From Lytechinus pictus (lineage: Eukaryota), in contig NC_087250.1 in assembly GCF_037042905.1 (NCBI RefSeq), positions 8,124,001 to 8,188,000 of the forward strand: DNA of 64,000 nt, written 5' to 3'. The notes under the pieces were generated by a model that did not search any database, was not told the origin of the DNA, and was given only the letters and a program-made list of their open reading frames with translations. Below are positions 14,063-29,000 of this stretch, piece by piece. Position numbers and translations under genes: made by a program. Within the stretch, counting starts at the first letter, position 1. The number at the start of each line of letters is the position of its first letter.

Positions 14063-17000
14063 TAACGTTTGAACTAATCGTAACGGGCGTAAATCCGTGA
14101 CGTCATGCTATTCAAGTGGGGGGAGGTGGAACAATAGATTATCCCCGTGAAAAATAGGTGTGACGCAAGGATTTACGTCAGTGCTAATCATACATATTTT
14201 TTTTTGTTAAAATAAAACAAAAATATCACATCATTTCGTTGTTATCACTGTTATTAATTTTCATTATTATCATGTACAGTAGGCCTATTGTCTTCATTAT
14301 TATCATAAGTTTGGAAGATTCTTTGCTGAAAACACTCTGTCACACAGTGCAAAACACAATCTGAATCCTCTTTTAGAACAATTTATTCAGTGCATGTGAA
14401 TAAGGCCACCGTCTTACAATGAATTGTGATTGATCCAATTAACAACAACTATGGAAAGCCAGCAACGCCAACATCTAAAGTGCGTGTTTTCTTCAAAATA
14501 CTTTCTAGATATGATGTATACTCAAACATTCATTGTAGTCTTGAGTATAGGGTGTGTTCCTCTTTGTATACAGAGTAGACCGTGCAAATTTCCTGTAGGA
14601 ACAAATTATGACAATGATGGATTTCCATATCAAGGTAAATCAGATCAATCCCAACTCTTTGTAAGACGGGCCTCTGATCTTCACGTGGTCCATTGTGTGA
14701 ACACACTGCCAAAAAAAAAATCACTGTGAACACACTGTAAACACACTGTAAATATATTATGAAAATACTGTGAACACACTGTGAACGTACGGTGAATACA
14801 CTGTAAACACAACATACTGTAAATATTGTGAAAACACTTTTAACACACTGTAAACAAACAATGAATACATTGTAAGCACTATTATTACATACTGTGAACA
14901 CGGTGAACACACTGTAGACACACTTTGAACACTCTGAGAACACACAGTAAACGCACTGTGGAAACACTGTGAACATACTATGGACACAATGCAAACATAC
15001 TGTAAACACACTGTGAACACACCGTAAAAACGCTGTAAACTCACTGTGAACACACTGTAAACACACACAATGTGAACTAACTGTAAACACTCTATGAACA
15101 CACTGTAAACACACAGTGAACTAACTGTAAACACACTGTGAACTGTAAACACACTGTGGACACACTGTGGACTGTAAACACACTATGTACACACTGTAAA
15201 CACTATGTGAACACACTGTAAACACACTTTTAACTAACTGTAAACACACTGTGAACACACTATAAACACACTATGAACACACTGTAAACACACTGTGAAC
15301 TAACTGTAAACTCGCCGTAAACACTCTGTGAACGCACTGTTGAACACTGTTTACACACGGTAAGCACTCTTTGAAGACACAGTACAATGAATACATTGTA
15401 AAACAATTATTACATACAGTACTGTGAACACACTGTAGACACACTTTGAACACTCTGAGAACACAGTAAACGCACTGTGGAAACACTGTTAACACACTAT
15501 GGACACAATGCAAACCTACTGTAAACACACTGTGAACACACCGTAAAAACGCTGTAAGCACACTGTAAACTCACTGTAAACACACTGTAAACACACTGTA
15601 AACACACTGTGAACTAACTGTAAACACTCTATGAACACACTGTAAACACACATTGAACTATCTGTAAACACACTGTGAACTGTAAACACACTGTAGACAC
15701 TCCGTGAACATTCTGTGAACACACTGTAAACACACGGTAAACACTCTGTGAACACACTGTAAAAACGCTGTAAACACACTGTAAACTCAATGTGAACACA
15801 CTGTAAACACACTTTGAACTAACTGTAAACACACTGTGAACACACTATAAGCACACTGTGAACTAACTGTAAACTCGCTGTGAACGCGCTGTGAACACAC
15901 TGTAAACACTGAACACACTGTGAACACACTGTGAGCACACTTTAAACACACGGTGCTACACTATGATCCTTTCAGTAGGGTTTCCAAACCTGTTTTGACT
16001 GAAACGGGTCCAACTGGTGAGAGCTCATAGTCCTGACTGAGGAAGGCCCCCACAGTGACGTTGTACATGCGGTCTGGCAACAAGTCCTCGATGGTGGCGC
16101 TATTTTGATCACCTCCGTATACCAGCTCTACATAAATGAATCAGAAAAAAACTATGATGAATAAGGACAACTCCACAAGATTTTATACAATTTTAGGTGA
16201 GGTAAATGGGTACCGGCAGGAAGTCATTCCTCAAAAGGCTGTGAGCACCGGAGTCGGTATACTAGCTAAGCCGGGGTAATATATATCCGCCTTGAGTACC
16301 CAACAAGGTGGAAACGTGCGCTATACAAATCCTATATTATTTGATTATCAATCAGTTTGACATTTTATACGTCCGAACGTCATTTTTCTTCATCTTACTT
16401 CAATTCAGGTAATGCTCGAGCAATGATATTTTGTTAGCTCTAATATAAAAATAATTAAGAAATCATTATACGACGCTCCCAGAATTGGGACAGACGGGCA
16501 TATCTAAATGAATTGCCGATTTCGTAATGTTTCAATATTTCCTCATGGTTCTCTGTAGGAAATACACATACATGTACATGACCAAACCAGTCACAATATC
16601 TTCTGTCTACTAAAAATTGTATTTTTTTCAAGACAATTATTTTGTATTTGCTTGAATGTGGGCCCTAACAGTTGACTTTTTAAGGCGTGTGTCGTCTTAG
16701 CTTATTTATTTATTTATATCTCAAAGAAAATCCAGGTACTTTATTTGTTCACTTGACCGCTATTAAAGAGAAAGAGGAAAATACGACGGCGTAAGCTACC
16801 GTGTAAATATAATGAACAGTGATTGAAGATAGACTTTGGTCTTTAAGTTGATAACAGCGTTATCATCTTAAAACGGCATTAGCAATTATACCAGATAATT
16901 GCTTTGTGATGGTACCAACATCTTTGTACCACGTCAGGGTAATATATATATATTAATTCAATTTTATATTAAAAAATGTGCTCTAAGTTGACACGACCTT

Positions 17001-20000
17001 TAAATTAAAGGCAAAAAATATGCCGTTATCTTTAATAATGTATTTGAATTTGGCAACGGTCATTTTCCCTCCTCTTTTAAAGTTGACATGTTTAGGATAT
17101 CCATGGCTCGGGCTAAGTATTTTAAAGACATATATGCCGTTTTAATAGATGAAATTAAAATTTGTATCACTTTATTCATTTAAACGTATTTAATCAATAT
17201 ACAAGCAGAACAGCACAGATGCTGGAAATAGTAAGTGGTAGCAACAGATAGTAACTGATCATATATCTATATAGGCTAAGAATGATGCATGACATTGCTA
17301 CCTCCCCAGAAAAAAATATAATGTAACTGTAATGCAAATATGGGTCTGAGGTTTACGGCGCAGGATATCTAGACAACCAAAAATACGAGCGTTCGACCCA
17401 CACATAATAGAGAGTTTTCGCACGGGACGCAGAGGAAAATCAAGAACACAGCTGATGTATTGAAAATGTCCGTCAATAGCAATAAACAGCTGGGAGGTCT
17501 TTGTCGAAACCTGCATGGTGAACCGTAACCACAAGTTTGATCCTAAGTTTCGGAGCTGACGAAAATTTGCAAATATATCGTCATGTCCAGATTCCAGGAC
17601 AAAACTGCTGCTTTGATTCACCATTGTCGACAGAGACTTCTTGGTTATTCATTATCGTTAAAAGCATATGACAATACATTTTTTATGTTGTTGAAAGCGT
17701 TGTGTCGCGGTGGTTAAACTCCCTAATAACGATCCAACCCGCGAGACAAAGATGGAAAATTTATAACAAATTCCACGTAGCTCTACAAAATGCTTACACT
17801 TAATTTTTGTCAGCCTTGTCTCGTAGATATTTAATTTACTAGGTGTGGACAGTTATATACAATCAATTAAATTCAAAATAAAAAGAAATACCTGTAGTAA
17901 TTACTGTTTATATACATGAGAAGAAAAGCATGCAGAAAGCAACCAGGGAGTAGAATTGAAATATAAGTTCAATTTTATAGTGACGCTTGTCTTCCCTTGT
18001 GTAAAGTATAGGACCAAGGGAATATTTCATGAAACAAATAGCGTTTTCCACAGTGACAAGCTACCGAAATCCTTGCATCTGATTGGCTAAAAGCAAATTA
18101 GTGGAGGTCACTGCGCTCTAAATAATATTGGGTGAAAGTGCTCCAAGAGGCTAATTATGTGCCCAACGAACATTGGGCATTTTTATTTATCCAGTGTGAT
18201 GAAAATTTTAAAGTAATTGCTGCTTATTCTTTAAAGGAGAATGAAACTCTTGGAGCAAGTTATCTTTTGTGAAAGCAGAAAAATCAAAGAATAAGATCAA
18301 CAAAAGTTTGAGTAAAATAGGACTAGCAATAGAAGAGTTATGAGCATTTGAATGTCGAGATCACTAATGCTATGGAGATCCTCCCATTGGCAATGCGACC
18401 AAGATCTATGATGTCACAGATGAACAACTCTCCCCTTTTGGACACTGAAAATATACCCCAAAACATCTCTTTTTGCTCATTCTAATCATATGACAAACGA
18501 TTCATCAATGATATAATGTTGTGAAGCCTATGTACTTGTCCTCTCATAAACAGAACACCTCACCTTGTGATAGACTCTATAAAAGTGAGAATATAAGTGA
18601 AATTAGTACTAAAGTAATAATGGGAGTTGTACGTGTGTGACATCACAGATCTTGGTCGCATTGCCAATGGGAGGATCTACATGGCATTAGTGATCTCAAT
18701 ATTCAAATGCTCATAACTTTCTTATTATTCATTAAATCTTCCTCAAACTTTCAACAATATGTTTCTTTGATTTTTCTCTTTGATATGGATTCAGCTGGTT
18801 TCAAGGGTTTCATTCTCCTTTAACCTTACTGGACAATCCGCATTTGGTAAAATACTGCCCCAAATTGGTTGGACACATATTTACCCACGTGGTGGTGAAA
18901 ATTTAACCCAATATTTTTTACAAAGTGACCATTTGCATCATAAAACACTCCCCGTTTAATACGTACCGAAGCTGACGTCAGCATTGGCTTCATCTGCCAG
19001 CCAATAACGTACTCGGTAGCCTATGACGTCACAGCTAGTGTCAGACGGTGTCCACGTGACCATCATGCTTGTCTGCGTGGCGACAACGGCAAGGTTACTA
19101 GGGTTTGCATCTTGGAGCTCGAAACCTTTAAAGTGCATGAGAATCAATAGCGTCATCTCGAGTCCTCTACTACTCATACCTGGCCACTTTCCTGACCCAT
19201 AATGCTAATGCAGTCAATTAATATAGACCCACTTGAATGATAACATGCTAATTAACTACTAAATACATTTATACCACAATAATTATGTTATCAAAACAAT
19301 TATTTTTCCTCTCAAAACATTTTAGTTTCTCTATACAAATACAATTATGGATCAATTAATTCTCTGTAGTATTAGTAGATATCGAAAAAAACGTATATTG
19401 TAAGACTATGTATTTATAACACACAGTCATTGAGAGACCACATACAGTTCACTCCCCCTTTAAAGAGCATGAGAATAGTTCCCAGTTTTTAAATCACGTG
19501 CAATGATTAACATGGACGAATAAAAAAACGTTAAGAATAAGCTAACGATGAAGAAGAAGCAGAGAAGGCTTAGATAAGGAAATAAATGAAGAAGATTAGA
19601 CAGAAGATTAGTAAAAGGGGAAGAAAGTGTAAATGGCATAAAGAATTAAGAATATGGCAAGGAAATTTGAAAATTCAAAGATGGAAAAAGTTTTAGAAAA
19701 ATAATGGAGATGTGAAGATCAAACAAGAACGGAGAGGTATTGGATATTTTACATAACAGTCAACATTTTTTTTTTAAGGAACTATATGAAACTTAAACAT
19801 AAGGAGTAAGGTAAGAATATCTTAATTATGACTTTTTTTTTCTGACAAGGATGATCAATTATCAGATCATAGCAACTGCTATGAATTGAATAAAGATATA
19901 ATTAAAACGAATTGTATATTATGTAGACAAAGCCGTTGTAGAAAGGAATTTTGTAATTGACAATTATGCTCCCCTGTGTAAATAAAACTCCAAAGAAATT

Positions 20001-23000
20001 AATAAATAAGTATTAAGTAGATAGACAAATTAATAAATTAATGAAATATATAGATAGATAGAGTTAACAAGGATAAAGAAATCTATAAACAAATAGAAAA
20101 AATAATTAAGATGAATGAATGAATAACAAATAAATAAACAAATAAATGAACAATTTAACCAATGAAAATTTCCTACCTTTTGGTGATATTTCGCAGATGT
20201 AACTCAGTGTTTCGTCACACACAAGAGAAACGAGATCGCCGCTTGGTTGAAGAGCAGCGCAGTCCTCACTCCCGCCGCCAGGGGAACCGTCAGCCCAGAG
20301 ATCGTTCTGCCATTCGGTCGATTCAGTGCAATCGACCCATCGCCAATCGCCCTCTACGGACTGATCTGAATAGCCTGTAAAGGGGACATTAAAAAAATTA
20401 TCATGCTGCATACAAGTACAATGACGTAAATCCGTGACGTCATGCCATTCAAGTGGGGGGGGGGGGGGGGGAGGGGTTCACCGCTCAGATATATGCCCGT
20501 GGCTGCATGTGTATTCTGTAATATATCATTAACTCCGATGATGAGAATACTCGAAAGTTTAAAGACATCGTCAACTCCTCGATCATATTGCCCCCCAGAC
20601 ATATTATAAGAAAGGGATCATTTAATGTAATGAATATTTCTTCACTCAAAGCATTCAAAGTACATTCATTTTGTTGATATCTGCTTTTTTTCTTCAGGGA
20701 AAGGGGACGTGGGGGGGGGGGGGAGTGTTCGCACCCCTTGCCCGCGGCTATCAACATCCTTAATATAATTTTTATATAAGTTCATTTGTGTATACTTTTC
20801 TTCAGTGGGGGTCGAATTATCCACCCCCCCCATATCAGATATACAACAGAGCACTAACTGCAAAACAAGTAAAGGATTAAGGGGGGAAAAAGAGTTAGTA
20901 AAAATTAATGACTCATTTTACTTACCGACCCACCAAGTCATATTGGAATTGATCTCGGCCGAGCGTGATGTCAGGAAGTCGAGTTCCGCCTGGTCATTGA
21001 CGATGACAAGATCGGAGTCGGCCACGTCGTCGCACGTTCGTCGTCCGGTGGGCCACCACGAGCCGATCTCGAGTATTCTGAAGCGGTAGCAATGACCGTT
21101 TGGACCCAGCTCGTAATTAGTAGGGCAAGTGGCTAATCATGGTCAAAACAGATGGAACAAATGTATAACACATTCATTTTATTCAAATGCTTTATAACAA
21201 AAGCAATTCTTCCAAGTGAAACGCTTTTTATGGGCCTTGCAGTAGTTGTTAAACGGTATAAACAAGTGTTTAAAATTTTAAACAAAGTTTGATTTTCAAT
21301 GTGTAATTCTTTATATATTAATTATGCTTTTTAACTGTTTAAACAACTGTTGTAAGGCTCATATATAGTAAACAGCGATGTATTAACATTTAGACACCGT
21401 TTTTACCTGTATATTTCTGACATGTATACCAAGTAATGTTCAGCCTCAATTAATGAGTCCGCCTGAAACAATCATGGAAAATCACAGTATTTACAAGTAA
21501 TTATTCATTTACAAGGATTAAAAGACCCCAAGGAAAATAGTAATTTTTGACTTACTTGTGCCAAGAACGGACAATGCAGTGCTATATCCATAGCACCCGT
21601 AGGTGACCGTGCATGTTGTCAGTTCAAACAGATAAGTTGTAGCTGGAGAGAGACCACTTATTATGACGTCAGTGTTCAGCGCCCCTTCAAGCTCAATTTC
21701 AATAAAATCTCCACTTTCCGTGGTATTGTAGCGAATCTAGGCAAATTGGAATGAAGATGAAAAATGAGAATCAATGAGCCATTGATTCAAACCAATATGT
21801 CAACCCCACAAACACCTACATATAGCACACACACACAAATATCAATCCCACCTTTCACATGAACCCATATCATCCAACTATACACACCATAATTTCCCCT
21901 CCCTTCTACACACACATACACACCTCCCGCTTTATACCCGGACAAACTTATTTCTCTAGCACACGCATATCCCACCTACACACACCCCACATACACATTG
22001 ATCCCTCCCTTCTACGCACACGCACCGATCGCTCTGTCTCACGTTCCCGAGGATACATTCCTACATCTACAAGGCACTTGCACTCATTGCTCTTGCATAT
22101 GTTATATATATATTTATATCCTGCATCAAAAATTTGTTGGCTTTTGATTGGTTGAGAGCTCGTCACATGACCAGAAATATTTGAACTATTTTTAGAAAGT
22201 ACTATATGAGAGTACTATTTGGGAGTACTATTTGGGAGTTGAAAAATTTATTATTATTTTTTTTTTAATTGAATTGTTTTTTTCTTCAAATCTAAATTTA
22301 ATGAAAACAAAATATTCTAAATCTTTTTAGATAAAAATTGACATTTTTTTTTTTTTTTTCATAAAATAAATTGTTGATGCAGGATATAAAACAAATATAC
22401 CATGCCTTCTATTCGAGGTACTGGTTAAAACTATGGGTCTCGGTGACTCCAAAAGTACCATTTGCTTCGGGGCTGCGCCTCTCAGCAAATAGTACTATTG
22501 GAGTCACCTCTTGCGCATAGTTTTAACCAGAACCTCTCAAGACAGTGTATATCTGTATAATATATATATATATATATATATATACATAGCTGTATGTATG
22601 TATGTACCCACATATGCCTACTTATCCCTTCTTCAGAGACGTGCGTACATGCATCCATCTTCTATACATATATTCACCCACCCTCCCCTCTATACACAAA
22701 TGCACTAATATTCCCACACCCACGCATCTAGATTTACCCCACCTACACGCACTCGCACATCCATCTCTCTCACACACACACACGCACACATCCCTTAAAA
22801 AATCTACAGACTCCCACTGTTTGTACACAAATCCACTAGTCCTCCCACACCCACACATGTGCATTGTTCCCCGATCTACACACACTCACGCATTCATCCC
22901 ACACACAATTCCCTATCAAATCTACAGACTCACACATCCCCATACAGAAATGTAATAATCCTCCCACACCCATACATGTAAATTCCCCATCTACACACAC

Positions 23001-26000
23001 TCACAAATCAATCTCTCACACACACGCACTCACCTACCCACACACACGATCAAATCTCCTGACTCACACTCTCTATATAAAACACGGACAATACTGAAAC
23101 ACCCACACATGTACATTGTTACCCCCATCTACACTCACACACACACATCTTACATACACGCAACCTATCAAATCTGCAGACTCGCACATCTCCATACACC
23201 AATGTACTAATCTTCCGACATCCACACATTTGCAATTCTCCCACCTACACACACGCAAACATCCATCTCACATACGCACACGGTATCAAATCTACACACT
23301 CTCACTTTCTGTACACTAATTCACTAATCCTCCCACACCCACACATGTATATTCCCCATCTACATACACACACACACTATCAAATCTGACTCACACTATC
23401 TATACCACAATGTAATAATCCTCCCACATCCACACATGTACATTCCCCCATCTACAGCACTCACAAATCAATCTCTCTCACTCAAACACGCACCCGCACA
23501 CACACACACATCTCACATACACACAACCTATCAAATCTACAGACTCTCACTTTCTATAATCCTCCCACACCGACACGAGTACATTCCCCTATCTACATAC
23601 ACATCAATCTCACACATACCCTAATACACACACATGCTCTTATCCTCCCACACCTACATTCCCCTATCTACCTGCATACACTCATCTCACATGGACAGCC
23701 AGATGCATGATCATCTTTCACACACACAAACACATACACCTTATCCAATATACAGACGTGCACTCACACATACAACTTACACACAAATATGTCAATTAGT
23801 TTTTCCTCGCTGCCACGCACCGTACATCCCTCGGACACACCCCCGTACTTCCCCGCGCCCAACCCCACCTCTCTACTTCCCACCTGCCCTAATCCCTCAC
23901 GCACCTCAACTCTTACACAGAACCGTGAATTCAATTTCAAGAGAAACGTTTGATCTTATAATCACCTTGTAACCGGATACATCACAAACGAATTCCGAAG
24001 CGTTGAAAGACAATGAAACATCGTTATCATCGATTTCAAGAACTTGGAAATTAGAAGGATAACAATCCGAGTCCACATAATCTAAGATATTAAGATAAAA
24101 AAGAAAACATGTAAGAACTTTTGACAAATTTGGTAAAAATGAGATCATAGAGATTTCATAGAAATTCAAATTGATGAATTATACTAGATCCGTTTAGGTT
24201 GTCAATGACCACAAAGTTGAAAAATGTGATGAGGAAGATGTTATTTTCACATTGTAGCATTGACTTTCTCATTCATGATTTTTCTATCGTTTTTATTTAA
24301 GTTTTTATTGAATAAATCATCAAGAACCACAATATTTACAAACGATTTTCATGATTGGAACGCGATGAATTTCTATCCTGGATTTGTATTTTCATTGTGA
24401 AGGCGTTGTATTTGTTATTTCCTTTGCATTTATTAGGTGGTCTGTCTATGACAGATCACCTATTGATTTCGCCAGAATTTTCTTTCTTTCTTTATTTATT
24501 TATTTATTTATTTTTATTTCTTCCGTACACTTTTTTGTACACACGTTCACTCGAAATCGACATGGTCAATTTCCTTCAAATTTCTGTCAGTCATCAAGCT
24601 CTATGATTTCAAGTAAAATCAACTTTTTCAAGGTCATCAGGTCATGATGACGTCATCCAGGCGCCATTTTGTAAAATCACATTGTCGATCATATCTCCAT
24701 TATCAATTATCAAAAATCAATCAAATTAACATCACATCAATTTCAGGTTAAGGGTCAACAGGTCATGTCATCAAAGGTCACCTGGAGGTCACGACGCGCG
24801 CGTACGCGCTCGTCAAATTTTTAAAATGCTCAAAATCACCTTTTGACCAAAGTAAAGTACGTTTCAGGTCATTTTAAGCATTTCAAAAATTTGCGCACGC
24901 ACAGGTATGCGCGCGCGTTTCCGCGCGTAACGCCTTCAACGCAACGCAGAAACGCCGTTTTTTTTATATCCTTGCATTGATAATATAATTCTGAGCAATT
25001 TGATACCTTGATCAACCTTCTACGACCATTAATAACGAAATTAACACCCGTTAAACTTTGCAGCACGTGTGCGCGCGAGCTCTTACTATAGGCCATATAT
25101 GGGCAAAAACATACCTATTAAAAATTCACTGTAGCTCTTTAAATAGTCCGTTGACCCCCAATTTTTTTTTCATATATCGATAGAGTATGAGTTGTAAATT
25201 TGATTTCATGTCACCATTGTCCCTCAATTTGATCATGACGTCATCAAAATTGCGCCTAAACTGAAAATTTCATTTTTTCAAAAATGACGTCATCAAATTT
25301 ATGCAAATTTGATCATAACTCCGTGAATATTGATCATTTGTCGCCCAGATTTCAATATGTTGTAGTTTAGAATGTACTCTTTCTCGTAAGTTTGCATGAA
25401 TTTTCATTTTGAAAAACGCATCATGGTGTAAAATTGCGATGAAAAGAGGCATGTCATTTTTCCTCATTTTACGTGTAATCTCTATGGGACATGACTTTTT
25501 CTCAAAACTAGATTCTACATTCCTCTATTTCGTGAGCTATATCTCCATTTTTTCTTGTTAGTTATCCCTGAGCTTTTGGTATGATGTAGCTGAGATTCTA
25601 AGCTTTCGGAAGTGTGCCCTCCATTTTTCGATCGGATGTCAGGATCATGCCCGTTTTTCGCTTCCAAAATTGGATTTGTAATTCTCAAATTTGCTTACGT
25701 GTAATCTCTATGGGAACGTGTAATCTCTATGGGGAATATCGTGGCTCAATGGATAACGCACTTGACTTGAGTTCTCGGGGGCGCAGGTTCGAGTCCTGGG
25801 GGTGAACAAGATGATTTTTTTTTCATTTTTTTTTTCTTTTTACCACCTCGTACATGATCCTTTATGATAATTAAAAGGTATGAAAGTTAAAATTTAGCAA
25901 GATTAAACAGATTATAATTACTTTTTTCATATCACATGTAATTTCATATATCAAAGAGACCCTTTTCACAGTGCTTTATCATCTCCCGTCTTTCACAAGT

Positions 26001-29000
26001 ATTCCATCCATAATGAACATTCCGTTGTCATCATGAAGATCATATTGATCTGCTTGAACATGGTAATAGTGATCATGATGGCGAGAATAAGGACAGACCA
26101 CCTAATTCGTCCGCATGACGAATTAAAATCTAGTCTTTATATCTTTTCTTTATTTATAATTGTCATCTATTTTTCTTTGTGTTATATTGTTTTTACCAGT
26201 GTTCTCATTGCATGGTTGGTTGGGCGCTGGGACCACAAGCTTACCTACGGGGGGGGGCAGAGGGCAGTCTGCCCCCCCCCCCTGATGAGCCACCACCCAT
26301 GCATGTATCCCTGCCCCCTGACGAGCTTGAAAGACCTTTTTGCCCCCCCTGACGAAAATCCTGGAAAATCCTAGGTACGCCACTGGCTGGGACCATCAGG
26401 TAACAGTTATCAAGTTTACCATCCCCTTCCTTCGCCGCCAACTGATGCACTGGGAGGTCCAAATATGCTACCAATATTGCATTTGTATGTATGATATTTT
26501 ATAAAATTGATTTTTTAAAGTGACGAATAGAATAATAGATAAATAATAAAAAAATAAAAGTAGCTTCATTGTTTGTATCACTGTATTAGGAGTTGTATTA
26601 TGAACATGAGTAGGTAGAACAATTTTCTCCGAGGTCACATGCATAAATAAAATTGTTTGTTGTTTCTTTTTGGTGTACCCTGAGGCCAAGTGCAATTTAT
26701 TATTCTTCTTTTTGCATTGTTATTGTTGAACAGGTTAGTTCTCTTTCAAGAGCAAAGCTTTACTTACCTTTCCGAGTGACCTCGCAGACATAGCGTCTAG
26801 TATTGAAGCAATCATCATCGTTGTATTGTCCGTCTGTCATATTCATGTACGCGCAATGGTTGTCGTCGAGGTCATTCGGTGCTCCGACCTGCCAGTTAGT
26901 ATCCGCAAAATCGGTATCCGCAAGGCAATCAACCCAAACCCATTCTCCGTTGATGGCAGCATCGTAGTAACCTTAAAAACGAAAAAAAAAGAGTGATACT
27001 TTTTATCTGATCTGCATCTGAAACTACATCGTTTCATATCCACAAATTCCCCATTTTAATGAAATCTTCAGCATTGTGCTTCTTTGATTGATCTTTTTCG
27101 ATTCAAATCAACATTTTTCTGGGGTGGACTTGACCCTTAACAGTATTGTTCAAGCTTCATATTTCGTGTTTCTTGTATATCACTCACTGTACATGTTGGA
27201 GTAAAAAAGGCGAAATTGCCCCCGTCCCATCCGTCGTGTCCGTATCCACTTTCCTCTTGCTGCTATTTTTATTCTATATACTCACCAACCCACCAACCAC
27301 TTGAATCATTCCCTTGCATGGCAGTGATCATCTCTAAGACCCAAGCGTTCTCGTCCTGGTCGTTGATCACGACGATGTCACCATCGGCGACGTTGTCGCA
27401 GTCGTAACGTGCATTCCACCAATCAGCGGGCGTGTCCACAAACTTGTAACAGGTATCGTTTGACGGATTGTAGCTGTATCCGGTTGGGCATTCAACTGAG
27501 GAAAAACATGTAGACACGATTGACTTAGAATATTGTGTGTTTGAAGGGGGCAGCCTGCATCAAAGACCTGATATAAACTTAATTTGAAAATTGAAAGGAT
27601 ATAGGGACTCAGTGGTAAAGCACCCGCCCCATGAACGAGAGGTCGTGGGTTCGATCCACGGCCGTGTCGCGATCGTACAAAAAAAGACACACCGGCGCCC
27701 AACTTTTTTAGAATTGATAAGGGTAATAATAATGAAAATACTATGCATTGCCCAATATCGGTACCGAATACACACTAAGAAATACCGGTTCAATTTTACA
27801 CCATAGGGGTGCACAGGCTTGTCCCTATACGAGTACCCCTAGGGCTAGGGTTGCACACGTACACCCCGAATAGGGGTGTACAGTGTGCACCCCTATTTGG
27901 GGTGTCCATCTGCACCTTAGAGGGTGTACACGTCTACCCCTTAGGGTGCATAATGCATAATGTACCCCACCTAAAATAACAAAAAAAGATTGTCGAGCCT
28001 TCCGGTCCATTCACTTTCTGTATCGATTTTTTAGTTACCTTAGTTAGGATTCGAACTTACCTCGTTTTATCTGTAGTCAAGATTCTTCCCGCTATGCCAG
28101 CGAGAAGAGCTGAAACCACATAAGGTCTCTAGCCATATGATTCGATTCCTTTTTTTGACTTGTGCTGATAGTTGTGATTCAATACTCTATTTACCGTTTC
28201 TCCAAATGTAAACATAATCAAATGTGTTTTGTAAACAATTATCACATAAATATTAAATATTTCAAAAATTATTTTACTTTGGTAAAATGTGGCGTTAGCA
28301 CATTGTTATTTTGGGTAATCTTCGATCACAAATCAACTTTATCTATACCAAACGTCTATCAGCGAGACTGGTGGGGTGCGCGCAAAGAGTCCATGGGTGT
28401 ACTACAGACACATACTCTCGCATAAGAGCTAACTTGCACCTCGATGGTATTGCGAGGTGTATGCACGTAACGTACACCCCATTTGCACCGGAATTCCTTA
28501 GTGTGTAAGAACAAACATTTAAATAATGCGGAACTTACAGAATTCTTCATAGGTAAAACTGAATCCAGAACCAGTACCCGAGCTGTCGGATGTGAAGCGG
28601 ATATTGAGACCGTTGAACCGGCTGACGACATCATTTGGTAATTCAGATCCTGTTATGACCTGTTAGATTAATCGATAACGAATTAAAGAGAACAAATATT
28701 ATTCAATTCAATTCAATTTATTTTTCTCAGTATAAAAACAATATAAATAGTACAAACATGAAATAAATCAGACATTGACATAAATAAAGTATTATACTGA
28801 AAGGGTAGCAGCCAAAAAGAAGTTAACCTTATGTACGGCCGACCCAAATAAAATAATACATTATTTGAACAATTAAAGTAGACAAGTGGAATGCCTCTGG
28901 CCGTCTCACCTGCATCACGCGATTCAATATAGCAGCAGTGCTGATTTTGAAAACTACTATAACTCGCACAAGATGTTCAGTGATACTTGGTTACTCTTAT

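Noticed and set aside
14530..15832. Cys/Val-rich ORFs (VFTVC repeats)
   Set aside because: Translations of an intronic 11-bp satellite.
25741..27670. Candidate tRNA genes at ~25741 and ~27603 (also ~4750)
   Set aside because: A/B boxes are present, but I could not fold an acceptor stem or full cloverleaf; they sit in repeat elements.
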